Shown here: positions 25,751 to 38,300 of the stretch, piece after piece
How positions within the stretch are numbered: the first letter of the stretch is position 1
How the letters are laid out: the number at the start of each line of letters is the position of its first letter
Assembly (NCBI RefSeq): GCF_006345805.1
Contig: NW_021836158.1
Location: 1 to 64,000 of the forward strand
DNA: 64,000 nt
Direction: 5' to 3'
Source of the DNA: Octopus sinensis
Lineage: Eukaryota
Notes under the pieces: generated by a model
The model's input: only the letters and a program-made list of their open reading frames with translations
Told to the model about the DNA's origin: nothing
Database searches by the model: none
Made by a program: the position numbers and the translations under genes

Positions 25751-26638
25751 TTACACGTATATTTTCATGCCATATTGCACCTCTTACATTTTCATATATC
25801 TTCCATCTTCCACTTCTTTCCCCTACTCGTTACCATCTTATATTCTGATATTTCTCATCTTCCTCATCATTAAAAATTTTATATTTCATATTCCCATGCC
25901 AACATGGAAATATAAATTTATGTGACAGCCATCCTCCTGTCGCTGTGGCTATCCTTCCTCCAACGTAGTAATCAGTTTGTATAAAGCCAACAAAAAGGGG
26001 GTGTTTAATAAAAATTTTTCAACAATGAAGAGTTGCCCTATTTAATGCCATTGCTAAAATTGTCAACTAACTGTGAACCAGTGTAGTTATTCATGTTCTC
26101 CCGTTTCTTCATATCGAATTTGAAGATGGCATAAATTCTTTAGAGGTAGTTAGATTTCTGTCCTTAAGTCCAGTTTAATAACCTAGGCTGTTTACTTTCA
26201 AGACATTAATTCCATCAGTAGAATATCTCCTGATTATCTTTAGTGAATGATATGATATTGCTTTCTTCATTGTAGGTAATACAGTGAATCAAACGTTGAG
26301 CAAAACTTCATAAATCATTCTCTAAATTGTACGTAGCTGAGTCAGTCCTGCGGTAATGGTGTCCATTTCTTGGCTGGCATCCACCATTAATACATAAACT
26401 TACTGTGGTTACTTTGCTCCTCTGTCAAATTACTCGGATCTTAATCTAAGCATTCAACACGGTTTATCAGCGAATCTTTATCTTTATTACTGATTTCACA
26501 GATGAGTGCAAGTGGAAAATGTAGTTTTTGTTATTGTTGTTGTTGTTACAATTACTGTTAGAGCTGTTGTCTAGCTCTAGTTAGCTCTGTAGAGCAGATC
26601 TTTGGAATAGGCATAAACAGATCAAATTCCTTAGGTGA

Positions 26639-27035
26639 AATGGAATGGAATGGAAGCACTCCGTCAGTTACGACGATGAGGGTTCCGGTTGATCCGAATC
26701 AACGGAACAGCCTGCTCGTGAAATTAACGTGTAAGTGGCTGAGCACTCCACAGACACGTGCACCCTTAATGTAGTTCTCGGGGATATTCAGCGTGACACA
26801 GAGAGTGACAAGGCCGGCCCTTTGAAATACAGGTAAACAGAAACAGGAAGTAAGCGTGAGAGAAAGTTGTGGCGAAAGAGTACAGCAGGGATCACCACCA
26901 TCCCCTGCCGGAGCCTCGTGGAGCTTTTAGGTGTTTTCGCTCAATAAACACTCACAATGCCCGGTCTGGGAATCGAAACCGCGATCCTATGACCACGAGT
27001 TCGCTGCCCTAACCACTGGGCCATTGCGCCTCCAC
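26639..27035 (-). mobile_element. SINE family B, full length with (TTCCA)n tail
   Basis: Reverse-complement match to 12458-12818. Confidence 0.92.
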
Positions 27036-28146
27036 AGGCGAAATACACTGAACCAAGTTCTGGACATGTTTTGCATTAGCTTTTTTGAGGTCAACACTGT
27101 ACACCTCTTCCTACTCTGATTGGTAATGTGGAAAATAACATTACATGGGACACTTCTGTACAGAGTACAGTTAGATAGTCTGATAAACCTGGGGTAAGTG
27201 CAATAGAATAGCTAGGAAGTGTTCTGTTAGATCTACTTAGGCTATCAGGATTTATGTGTGGTAAAGTATGCAGTGTGTGAAAGTAGTAAGCAGAGACTAT
27301 TACTATTATTATTGTTATTTTCCATTAATTTTATTTTTATTGAGTTGTGTGCTTTTACTACAGTAATGAGTGCAACCATGAGCATCTTTGATGTATGTGG
27401 TGTTTTGTTTTGATTTTTCTAGTTTTTAAAGTATTGACAATACTCTAATCAGCTTGATTTTGTTGTCAAGGGGACAAAGAAACAAAGTGACTCCTACCTG
27501 AAATATCAGTCTCTAAAAAAAATAAGAGGAAAATTAACCAAATATAGCAATGCTTATGGCCACTTTAATGTGACTGTCCTCTAAGAGATGATGATGCTGC
27601 CGTTTAACCCTAGGAAGACATCTCAAACTGGTTTATTCAGTGTACTTCTTGTACCTGTTATTTTTTGCAAGCAAGATGTAATTCCTGCCACCCAGGCTTG
27701 AAGCCCATCAGATTATGTGGTTTTGACGTGTATGGGATCTCCTTGGTGGTAGGTACTCATTGCCAGGCATGGCAGCTGTTTGCCTCATTTATATCTAGAC
27801 TGGAGCAGGAGGACTAAAACTAGAAACAACCCCATGGAATTACTTTATAAAATCTCTTCAGAAATCTACCTGCAGCAGAGGGATCACACATCAGTGTATG
27901 TAGGATCCTTCAGTTCTTGGTTAAGTGGGTAAAAATGTTCGTAGGCAGTTTTGGAAAACCCAATTCACAAATCGGGATTAGAGTGGAGGGTGATTAGTTT
28001 TGTTGGGTGTTCTGGTCCTACATAGGTGACAGCTTCTCACCACTGCTTATTCTAATATTTGTAATTATGTGTGTGTGTATGTATGTGTGTATGTGTGTGT
28101 GTGTGTGGTGTGTGTGTGTGTGTGTGTGTGTGTGTTCATTTTTTAA

Positions 28147-28400
28147 CTTTTGTCTTTTACTTGTTTCAGTCCTTAGACTGTAGCCATGCTGGGGCACTAC
28201 CTTGAGGAATTTTAGTCAAACTAATCATCTCCAGTACTTATTTTTTTTAAAGCATGGTACTTATCCTATTAGTCTATTTTGCTGAATCGCTAAGCTACAG
28301 GGACATAAACAAACCAACACTAGTTGTCAAGTGGTGGTGGGGGACAAACAGAGACACAAAGACACACAAACATCCATTTATGCATACACATACATACATA
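28147..28400 (-). mobile_element. SINE family A 3' half (diverged)
   Basis: tacttgtttcagt ... gggacaaacagagacac. Confidence 0.75.
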
Positions 28401-28873
28401 TATACATACATACATACATACATACATACATACATACATACATGTATGTGGGTGTATATATATATATGTATGTATGTGTGTACATATAGTTGGAATTTAC
28501 AAAAAGAACAAAAGATGAAGACAGGTGTATAAACAACAAACAGGTGTATTAGTTTAATACTCAGGAAGGTGAGAAAGTCTTTTATGATTTGAGCCTACGC
28601 TCTTCAATAGAAAGGAACAGAAGCTGCCCTGTTGGGTGGCTTTTATGCTAGCTCCTGTGGAGGGCTAGTCATTGGGCCATGGGCCTAACAATGACACTAC
28701 ATGCATTGAGTACATATTAAATTTCATTGAACTTGACCAATATTTTTCAAGCACTGAACAATTTTCATCTAAACAATGATATAATTTGTTGACTTGGAAC
28801 TTATTGCAAAACTGCATGATAAACAACATTTTTTGTCGTCTCATTTAGGGGTCTCTCTTTCTTTCAAACTTTT

Positions 28874-29028
28874 GGCTGATATACTCTCCAGCATTCATCA
28901 GGTGTCTTGGGGAAATTTTGAACCTGGAATGAGAACCTTAGGAATACCTTAGGAATGAGAAACCAGGTTCAAAATTTCTCCAAGACACCCAATGAAGGCT
29001 GGAGGGTATATTAGCCGAAATGTTGTGT
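28874..29028. repeat. Fold-back (about 54-bp arms) of a hammerhead-bearing Penelope-like pLTR
   Basis: 28874-28927 is the reverse complement of 28963-29016; arm consensus acac-CTGATGA-a-ggctg...cagcc-GAAAC-GTT-gtgt. Confidence 0.75.
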
Positions 29029-29139
29029 TAACGACAAACAAGATGAGGACAAATATATCCATCAAATATAAATAATGTGCATAATGTAAATGAGTTTTAG
29101 AAAGTTCAGAAATTTGTGATCCTTATAATGATGATGTTT

Positions 29140-30150
29140 ACATCTGATAGAATAACACCAATGTTGGGTAGAATTATTGGTGTTGTAGTAAGATCGAAAC
29201 AGGACATTTTGCACTTAGTTCAGCAGCAGTGTCTAGAAACCATGAAGATCTGGAATGAAGTGAAATTAATAAGAGACATTGAAACTTTGTTGAGAGCGAT
29301 CAATAAAGTGTATTCTTGATCTACACTTAAAAAATACAAACTCAAAAAAATTGTAGAGGCCTTTACCAGAAATAAAGTTATTGCTTTCAGACCAGTTAAT
29401 GAAGTTAGATGGTTACTGAGACACTTTACACAGCAAAAAAAGAAAGGAAAAAATAAAAACTATGAGGAACTCATCGCCTACTTTAAAGAAAATAAATGGT
29501 TGAATATTATCAAAAGAAAATTATAAACATCACATGAAAAGTAGCTCTGCAGGTTTTAACTGTCTTTGAAGAACTGACTATGCTGTGCATGATTCTACAG
29601 AAGCAGTAAATGGAAGGCAATATTTCATGGAGCGACAAAGTTAGAGTTTTGTTAAACTTCACCGCACGAAGAAAACATGACAGTTGATATAAGTTTATTA
29701 TTGACTATTATAAACTGTCTTTGTATTCATTTAGAAGAAAGGTTTCCTGAAAATGAGATACAAGAATGGTCAGCTTTTGATTTCTTCAAAATTACCGATT
29801 GTGATTTCACATTTGATAACGGACAAAGTTAATGCCTTATGCATAAATTATGATTTTCTAAACTGAAAATGTTATAATATTTAGTTAGTTTGAACTTTTT
29901 AAAATTTTCTTTGAAAGAAAAAAATTAAATCTCAAACTGATTTCAAACTTTGCTCAAATGGTGATATTTGTGCATCAAATTGAAGTTTTGTGACCTTGCA
30001 AAGTAGATGGACATTAGATGAATCATTCTTGTATCTCATGCAGACTGTGGGCAAGGTTTTAACCTAATGAATCAACTGAAAAACAATTCTGAGAAACCAT
30101 TCAGGTGAGTGTCATTTGAATATGCTAATGAGAATCAAAAGCTATCAATC
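29140..30150 (+). pseudogene. hAT-family transposase relic (ZNF862/C17orf113-like)
   Basis: FTSDRITPMLGRIIGV...KQDILHLVQQQC, CIHLEERFPENEIQEWSAFDF, and dimerization-like VSHADCGQGFNLMNQLK...GECHLNMLMRIK; many stops and frameshifts. Confidence 0.75.
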
Positions 30151-30167
30151 AGAAAGAAATTCTACTA

Positions 30168-30320
30168 GTCATCATCATCATCATCATCATCATCATCGTT
30201 TAACGTCCGTTCTCCATGCTAGTTGGACGGTTCGACCGGGGATCTGGGAAGTCAGAAGGCTGCACCAGGCTCCAGTCTGATCTGGCAGTGTTTCTACAGC
30301 TGGATGCCCTTCCTAACGCC
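30168..30320 (-). mobile_element. RTE LINE 3' end with (GAT)n tail
   Basis: (cat)n-cgtttaacgtcc ... ggatgcccttcctaacgcc. Confidence 0.85.
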
Positions 30321-30699
30321 TATTAAAGAAAAAAAATGAATAAATGGGTTAAATTGATTATACATTTCAACATTGCATTAGACAAAAATAAGTATTACTC
30401 ATTGGTATTTTATTTAAAGGGACAGCAAACTAAGCAAAGTAGCTCAAAGAATAGGAGAAAATACAAGTTGTTTAGAAGGCAATCATACTTGTATTATGAG
30501 CAGTTCCTGGCTTTGGGTAAAAGATAATACAGGAGGATCAGTTAATTATGATTTTATTCAACATATTTCACTCTCAGATTCACACACTTATTGCAGTGGT
30601 CCTTTAGTTTTTCTAAGCCCTGTGAAAGAACCTGGAAAGTTGGGCTTCCAGCCAGACTTTTCACGGTACCCTTAAAACCAGGAACTTTTCAGCACCCAC

Positions 30700-30905
30700 C
30701 TCATATATTGGTTTCAAATTTTGGCACAAGGCCAGCAATATTGGGGGTGGGGGTAAGTCAATTACGTTGATTCCAGTACTCAACTGATACTTATTTTATC
30801 AACAATGAAAGGATGAAAGGTAAAGGTGACCTTGGCAGAATTTGAACTCAGAATGTAAAGGTAGATGAAATACCACAAAGCATTTTGTCCAGTGTGCTAA
30901 TGCTT
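30700..30905 (-). mobile_element. SINE family C (diverged)
   Basis: gaaaggatgaaaggtaaaggtgaccttggcagaatttgaactcag. Confidence 0.75.
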
Positions 30906-31131
30906 GTATTATATTAAAACAAGGGAGGCTATAACATTCTCACATGACAAATGCACCCCACCACCTGACATAACTTCAACTCTTTCTGAAAAGTTCTTTT
31001 AAAGGAAGCATATTAAAATATTTTAAGGTATTTTATCAAAGGAAAATTTATTGAATTTCTAAAAACTTTTAAAATTTTATATTGTTTTAATAAAAGTTAA
31101 TGAAATTTCGATAAGTTTTCTTTTGATAAAG

Positions 31132-31164
31132 TTCCTAAATATCTATAAGCCTGGAGGAATTTCA
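31132..31164 (+). CDS. Candidate 33-nt microexon (FLNIYKPGGIS)
   Basis: ttttcttttgataaag| acceptor, TCA|gtaagt consensus donor; only phase 0 is open. Confidence 0.3.
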
Positions 31165-31382
31165 GTAAGTTTATTTATTAAAATTTCAAAATATACTTTT
31201 AATATTCAACCTTTAAAAGTATGCAAAAATGGAATTTTTGTTAGTAGCTGTATTATCAGACCCTCATTAAAATCTGCCAATACAGTTTTATTAGCTTTGA
31301 GAGATAGGTTATGCCAAAATTGCCATGGAACAATTTTAAGTTTACAGTTGCCTAAGTATTCAACATGTAATATATTTGTCAT

Positions 31383-31612
31383 AGGAAGGCAGCAAGCTGG
31401 CAGAAACATTAGCATGCCAGCAGAAATGCTTAGTGGCATTTCGTCTGTCTTCATGTTCTGAGTTCAAATTCTGCCGAGGTCGACTTTGCCTTTCAGCCTT
31501 TCGGGGTTGATAAATTAAGTACCAGTTGCATACTGAGGTTGATCTTATTGACAGGCCCTCTCCCCCAAAACTTTGGGCCTTGTGCATAGAGTAGAAAAGA
31601 ATATATTTGTCA
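31383..31612 (+). mobile_element. SINE family C
   Basis: ggcagcaagctggcagaaacattagc ... gagttcaaattctgccgaggtcgac. Confidence 0.85.
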
Positions 31613-32044
31613 CAAGAAAACAGTTTGTACAGCATAAGAATTTTGCATACATTGTCTACTAAAAATTATCTTGTTCTATTTTTGACTCATTATGCCCTCA
31701 ATTCATGTTCCACTAAGATTGACTTTGCCTAGAGTCATTTCAGGGTTGATAAGATAAGTACCAGTTGAACACTGGAATCAATGTAATCAACTTAAGCCCG
31801 CTCTTCTAAAATTGCTGGCTTTGTACCAAAATTTTGAAATTATTATTTCATTCAATAGTCTTATCTTTATCATGTGCTTTCACTGCACTACTGAGTACAG
31901 CTCTCTGTGCTTTGGGTATGTGTTGTGGTTTGTTGTGAGGCTCATATTTTTACTGTATTGAAAGTGTTTTACGTAGGATGTGTGCAGTGCCTAGTAGTGC
32001 TATATTCTGTATGTTATATATACTCATTAGTCCTGGTATTTTTG

Positions 32045-32066
32045 TTTATTATTATTATTATTATTA

Positions 32067-32120
<54 letters not shown>

Positions 32121-32520
32121 TATTATTACTATCATTATTATTATTATTATTGAGTGAGAGAGCAGTGCATGCCATCAAAGTGACACTTGGGTACACATGG
32201 AACTTAATATACCCATCACAACTACCCACCTGATAAGAGCACACCAGGTGCATGCATCATGACCATATATGCACGACACGGTGATCTCATATCAAGATAA
32301 ACAGCACATGACCTTGCAGGTGAATCCCAGTTAGAAGTTCTTCAGGTTGAGTAGCCCTTCCTGCTCAAAAGGTCTCTGAATAAAGGTTAAGAATGTTGAG
32401 TGAAGCTCCCATGTCTCCAGAAGTGAATTATTCAAACCCAAAAAATTCCCCCCAACACATGACTATGATGTTCCCCTACTACTTCTGCTTGTGATCAGAG
32501 ATGCATATATCATCAGCCAC
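32045..32520 (-). mobile_element. Unclassified retroposon 3' end with (AAT)n tail
   Basis: Long (ATT)n tract abutting about 370 bp of higher-complexity sequence; class inferred from the tail only. Confidence 0.4.
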
Positions 32521-32811
32521 CAAGATCTTCATAGATCTTAGAGGTGGCCTTCATAGCAAGAACTTCATAACATAAGAGTATAGCCCATGACAGCAGCATT
32601 ATAAGAGGCATGGCATAAGCAACATTTTCCAGGAAATGGGCTGCATGAGACATGGCTCAACATCAGGTGGGCCACGTTATTAAAAGTATTCAAAGTAATC
32701 TTTTCATTGGTGTGCCATTCAGAACGTTGCATGAGGTGCAGTTTGCTCATGGTTGCTTTACAAACTTCCTTGAAATGCTAGAAAAAACAGTGAAATTTCC
32801 TTTTATTACCT

Positions 32812-34020
32812 CATATGAGGGGTTACCCAAAAAGAAACCGGAATTTTGCAATATTATTTTATTCACTTAGTTTTACATGTTTACACTTTTAGTGTCTTCA
32901 AAGAATTTGTCTTATGAAGAAAGGCTGAAGACGCTCGACTTTTATTCTCTAGAAAAACGACGACGCCGTGGTGATCTCATTCTTGCTCACAGCATTATAA
33001 GCAGAAAGTGTAACCTCTCGAAGGAGCTGTTCTTCACTCCTGCTCCAGAGCGTCGGCTGTGGGGTCACTCAGAAAAGCTCTATCTGCGACGATTTCATCT
33101 CAATCGAAGGAGAGGGGCTTTCTCCGTCCGGGTTGCGGATCCGTGGAATAAGCTGCCAGACGAGATGGTGAAGATGCCGACGACCGCTTGGTTCAAAGTC
33201 TCCCTTGACCACAAGTGGCCTGAACTCTTTACATGAACACCACCCTGTACATAACTCCATGTCCCCCTACATGGCCTTGCTTTTTTGCTTTTTGAGCCAA
33301 AAAAATAACTAACTAAGACACGTTTTCCACTATTCAAAGCAATCTTGGAACTCTTGTGAAGTGATGCCTTTTAACACCTCCATCGCTTTTTATTCACCCC
33401 TTCCACATCTGCAAAAACGTTTTTATTTTAGGACTTTTTACATTCAGAAGAACAAAGAAAAAAGTCAGAGGGTGCAGATCCGGGGAATAGGGAGGGTGGT
33501 TAAGAGGGGTCATGCATTCAGTTGTGACTGCTTTCGATCTTCCATGAACAAGCAAGGCTAACATTTTGCTGTAACTCTTTTCATTTGCAACTCCTCGCTC
33601 AAGATTTGTTAGCAGGAGCTCCAGGACACACCAGTCATATCAACAAGCTTGTCATTTGTTCAGCGATGGTTCTCCAAGATCAGTTCATGAATTTTTGTGA
33701 TGTTTTCATTTGTTCAGGAGGTCGACGGTTGCCCTGAACAAAGTTGGTGTTCAAGCAACTAGTGACCATTCCTAAAAACATGAAACGTGGTAGCATCCTT
33801 GTAAGCTGTTTGAGGCATGACAACTGCTTTGGCTGCCGTTTTCCCCAGCAGAAAAAAGAATTTCATGGGAGCATGCTGTTCCTTCATTTCAGCCATCTCA
33901 AAAATTGACAAACAAGGGAGAACCACTGCAAAACAAAGATGCACCATGGCGTAGTACGACTTCACACCCACTGCAGCTGGTTGGCAAACTGAAGCCTGAG
34001 GATCGCATCAAGTGTCTTCT
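32812..34020 (-). mobile_element. Internally deleted mariner element interrupted by a CR1 fragment
   Basis: N-terminal MAEMKEQ...KFFFLLGKTA...SGQPSTS..ENITKIHELILEN, C-terminal ADVEG...VLKGITSQEFQDCFE.WKT; TIR-like end ta-tgaggggttacccaaaaagaaaccggaat at about 32812. Confidence 0.75.
32890..33315 (+). mobile_element. CR1 LINE 3' fragment
   Basis: SYEERLKTLDFYSLEKRRRRGDLI...FSVRVADPWNKLPDEMV...FKVSLD, then a 3'UTR ending aaataactaactaa. Confidence 0.9.
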
Positions 34021-34179
34021 AACAGTACCTCCTTGTACTTATGGGTACCTCCTTGTACTTCCTTATAAAGTAAGGACACATTGTAAAGTATAGTTTTAGA
34101 TAGATTTTAGTTGAATAAAAAATTGAATGGTCATGGATTTGATCTTAGGCCTGTATGAGCAGAGCTACAGAAAACTAGC

Positions 34180-34302
34180 AATATATATATATATGCATAT
34201 ATATACATACATACATAATACATACATACATACATACATACATACATACATACATACATACATACACATACATACATACATACATACATACATACATACA
34301 TG

Positions 34303-34346
<44 letters not shown>

Positions 34347-34435
34347 CACATGCTTCTATAGCTGTCCCTCTACCTCAATGTCTTCCCTATCTATCTATGA
34401 ATCTAGATAGATAGATATGTGTGTGTTTATGGCAA

Positions 34436-34478
<43 letters not shown>

Positions 34479-35206
34479 CAGAGAGAGAGACACAGACAGA
34501 CAGAGAGACAGAGAGACAGAGACAGAGAGTATTTGAAAGGGAAATTGTAAACCAGTGTTATATTTTTCACCTTGTTGATGAAACACAACTTATCTTAGAT
34601 ATTGACCATCTAAGTGTGTGCATATGTATATAAATGTAATAGTATGCATGCTTATGCATGTATGCATATATGAGTATATGTATACTTGTGAGTGCATGTA
34701 TGTGCCTGTCTGTGTAGGTATATATATAAACACTTTAGACAAATATATAACAAATTCCTTATAATCTAATTCCATGTTGCAATTTTAATTTTTGATTGAA
34801 AACATTTCTTTTCCATTAAGTCACTGATGCTCTCTAGGTAAGATATACATCATAATTAAGGTTCCCCTTTCTCTCTCTCTCTCTCTCACACACACATTTG
34901 TATATACATACACGTGTGTGTGTGTGTGTGTGTGTGCATATGTATATAGATATATAAATGTATATCTGTATATCATATATCATATATATATATATATGTA
35001 TATGCATATGTATTTGTGAGTGTGTAAACATATATTTATAACTATTTCTCTCTCTCTCTCATATACATACATGCTTATGTACACATGCACACAAACACAT
35101 ACACACTCACACAGATGTATATTCTACTTGTGTTTACCTGGAAACATTATGTATATATGTCTGTGTGTATGTATGTGAATTTATATAAATGTATGAGTGT
35201 GTGTAA

Positions 35207-35238
<32 letters not shown>

Positions 35239-35420
35239 GCTTCTATAGCTGTCCATCTACCTCAATGTCTTCCCTATCTATTTATGAATCTAGATAGATA
35301 GATAGATAGATAGATATGTGTGTGTTTATGGCACAGAGAGAGAGAGAGAGAGAGAGAGACGGACAGACAGAGAGAGGGAGAGAAAGGGGGAGAAAAGAGA
35401 GAGAGAGAGAGATAATTGTT
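34180..35420. repeat. (TACA)n/(GA)n/(TA)n/(GATA)n microsatellite-rich block
   Basis: Direct reading; the segment acacatgcttctatagctgtcc...tagatagatagat is duplicated at about 34345-34430 and 35235-35330. Confidence 0.85.
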
Positions 35421-35594
35421 ATGCAATCAAACGAACAAGCAAAGTGATGTTCTTAAAATTGTTGCTTGAACCGTGTTTATCCAATGTACAACGTCTGTTT
35501 AGGTAATGTTCTGTTTAAGTAATGTACAATGTCTGTTTAGGACGACTGGCAACATGGCCATAAGTTAAAAACCTTACTACAACCATTGTGTTTA

Positions 35595-36030
35595 TCTTTA
35601 TATATATAAAACTGAGAATGTGTGTCTGTCTGTCTGTGTGTCTGTCTGTGTGTCTGAGTGTTTCCCTAAAACTTGAGAACTACACAACCAATTTCATTCA
35701 AATTTTACACCTGCCTTACTTAGGGTCCGGGGAGTGTCATCGGCAAAACAGTTTTGAACTTTTTGCCTAGGGCAAGCCCACAGTAATATCATATCTTCTC
35801 CACTATGATTCCCTAAAACTTGAGAACTACACCACCAATTTCATTCAAATTTTACACATGCCTTACTTAGGGTCCATGTAATTTCATGGGCAAAAAAATG
35901 TTCAACTTCTTGCCTAGGGCGAGCCCATAGCAATATCATATTTTCTCCACTATTTCAGTATTACGTGTTAAAAGTGAAACAAAAATATTTCTCTATTTTA
36001 TGTCAGATACTTTCACTTTAACAATAAAAA
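35595..36030 (+). mobile_element. Non-autonomous Helitron-like 5' region with an internal tandem duplication of about 150 bp
   Basis: a|TCTTTATATATATAAAACTG followed by (TGTC)n, like the 5' end of the element at 8207-8708; ttccctaaaacttgagaactac unit twice; no 3' CTAG found. Confidence 0.55.
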
Positions 36031-36378
36031 TAATAATAACAATTGAATTATATGTTGTAAGTAATTAAAATCAAACTAAAGTAACATAACAAAAGTAAAA
36101 ATAGCAATTGGTATAAAATTGCATCAATGATTTGAACTTGAATAAGTGGTTTCACATGAATGGGAATAAATTAAAAATAAAATTAGCGTGCAGAAATGGA
36201 ATAGTCCAGATGGATAATAAAAAATGAAATTAAAGAAAAGACTATTGTCTATAAAGTATACAATGTAGAGAAAAAGATTTGAACACATGGAGGAAAGCAC
36301 CTTCAAAAAGGTATCTACTCAGAGGCGGTAAATTCGCCACAATAAAAACAAGGTTCGAGTCAACCTTGTAGATTAGTA

Positions 36379-36754
36379 GATTAGCCAGAGGGGCAGGGCC
36401 AACCATAACATTACATGACATGTCAGATTAGCCGGAGGGGCAGGGTCAACCATAACATTACATGACATGTCAGATTAGCCGAAGGGGCAGGGCCAATCAT
36501 AACATTACATGACATGTCAGATTAGCCAGAGTGGCAGGGCCAACCATAACATTACATGACGTGTCAGATTAGCCAGAGGGGCAGGGCCAACCATAACATT
36601 ACATGACATGTCAGATTAGCCATAGGGGCAGGGCCAACCATAACATTACATGACATGTCAGATTCGCCAGAGGGGCAGGAAAAACCATAACATTACATGA
36701 CATGTCAGATTATCCAGAGGGGTAGACCCAATCCATAACATTACATGACATGCC
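36379..36754. repeat. 47-bp minisatellite, 8 units
   Basis: Unit gattagccagaggggcagggccaaccataacattacatgacatgtca at exact 47-bp spacing (36379 to 36708). Confidence 0.95.
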
Positions 36755-36879
36755 AGAGGAGCAGGATTGGCCCTGCTTTGGCAAATCCCTCCAACACGTA
36801 TCTTTTTGGCATTGAACAGATGAGCTTTATGGAATTTTTACCCCCTTTTTATGCAATAATCAAAAGTATTCACCTTCAG

Positions 36880-36916
36880 GTTTCTGTCGAATTTTTCTCC
36901 AGATTGGATTGGCCAA
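36880..36916 (+). CDS. Candidate 37-nt exon (frame unresolved)
   Basis: caccttcag| acceptor and CAA|gtaagc donor; all three frames open. Confidence 0.3.
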
Positions 36917-37348
36917 GTAAGCTTTTTCATCCCATTTTCAGTCAACCATTGTTGATTCCTCTTCGCTGTATGGCATGGAGCTCCATTTTCTATGAATAAA
37001 AACTCATTTTCGTTATGTTATTATGTGAATACATCTGAAGTAGTCCTTGCTTAGGTATTTTGATGTATTTTTCAGAGTTTATGGTTCCAACGCATTCAAT
37101 CAGCTCAGAATGACCATTGCTGGTGACAGCTCCCCATACAAATACAGAGATACTGCCATGTTTCACAGTTGGTTAGAGTTGTTTCAAATCAAATTCTTGA
37201 TTGGGAAGACCCAACACATCTACTGTCTGAAAATAATGCAAATCTGGGTTTATCTGAGAAAATCACTCTATCCTAAAATGAACTAGATATTTCTGGCATC
37301 TCCTCATTTCTTTCTTTTCTTCTAGTGACTCTTCCATAATATCCCAAT

Positions 37349-38254
37349 AAAGGTGTACAAGGCATGTGTGCTCCCTTCTCTTCTCTATGCCCGCGAGACA
37401 TTGGTCACATATTGATACCACCTTAAACAATTGGAATGTTTCCATAAGATGTGTCTCAGACGGATCTATGGCATTAAGTGAGAGGACCGCATCAGTGATC
37501 TTGAAATATTGGAAGGCTCTCGGTGCAAAAGTATAGAAGCTCTTGTGTTAAAGCAAAGGCTCAGATGGAGTGGTCATCTGGCCAGGATGAAGGATTCAAG
37601 AATGCCAAAACAATTCTTTTATGGGTGAGTTAGCTAAAGGAGAACGACCTCCACATAAACCAAAAAAGAGGTATAAGGACTTGCTGAAGGCTTCCTTGAG
37701 AAATGCTTGGATCTTTCTTGACACCTGGGAAGGCATAGCTATTGATCATAGCAGGTGGAGAAGGATTGTGCATGAGGGGACAGCTACTTTTGAGAAATCT
37801 CGAGTTGTGCATGAGAAAGTAAGGAGGGATGTCAGGAAGTGCATCGCTTGTTACACTTCCAGATGGGAAGGGTCTTCCTTTGATTCTGACATGCAATGTC
37901 TGTGCAAGACCCTGCCTCAGTAAAGCTGGACTCATGAGTCATCTTCATAGTCATAAAGCGAGACAGATGAGTGACAACCTGGTCACTGGTGGTAGTGTTA
38001 CACACCATACTAATCATATCTGTCAGACATGTGGAAGAGAGTGTAATTCAGCAGTAGGACTTAAACGACATGCAAAGGTACATGAAGCCCAGTTACAACT
38101 ACAGCCAGCTATTACTGGGAAAGGTTTTAGCTGCCAATTCTGTACAAGACATTGTAGATCTTTAGCTGGGCTAAAAGTCACATTCAATCACAGCACCAAT
38201 AACAGTTAAGCTTTGTGCAATGGCCATACTCGATAACGAGGGGACAGCCATCAT
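37349..38254 (+). mobile_element. RTE LINE 3' portion with three C-terminal C2H2 zinc fingers
   Basis: KVYKACVLPSLLY...LRWSGHLARMKDSRMPKQ...GEL..GERP...KRYKDLLK, then CNVC..H...H, CQTC..H...H, CQFC..; stops and frameshifts present. Confidence 0.88.
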
Positions 38255-38300
38255 ATATGTATATATATATAGAGAGAGAGAGAGAAAGAAAGAGAGAGAG

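Noticed and set aside
28585-28620. Minus-strand hammerhead-like relic (ctattga-agagcgtaggctc-aaatc)
   Set aside because: Both core halves are mutated; only the stem II hairpin survives.
36379-36754. CRISPR-like regular array (also 42295-42860)
   Set aside because: Head-to-tail units with no unique spacers, eukaryotic context and no cas genes.
37829-38209. Host C2H2 zinc-finger gene
   Set aside because: Contiguous with RTE ORF2 remnants and the RTE 3' end, and lacks TGEKP linkers.
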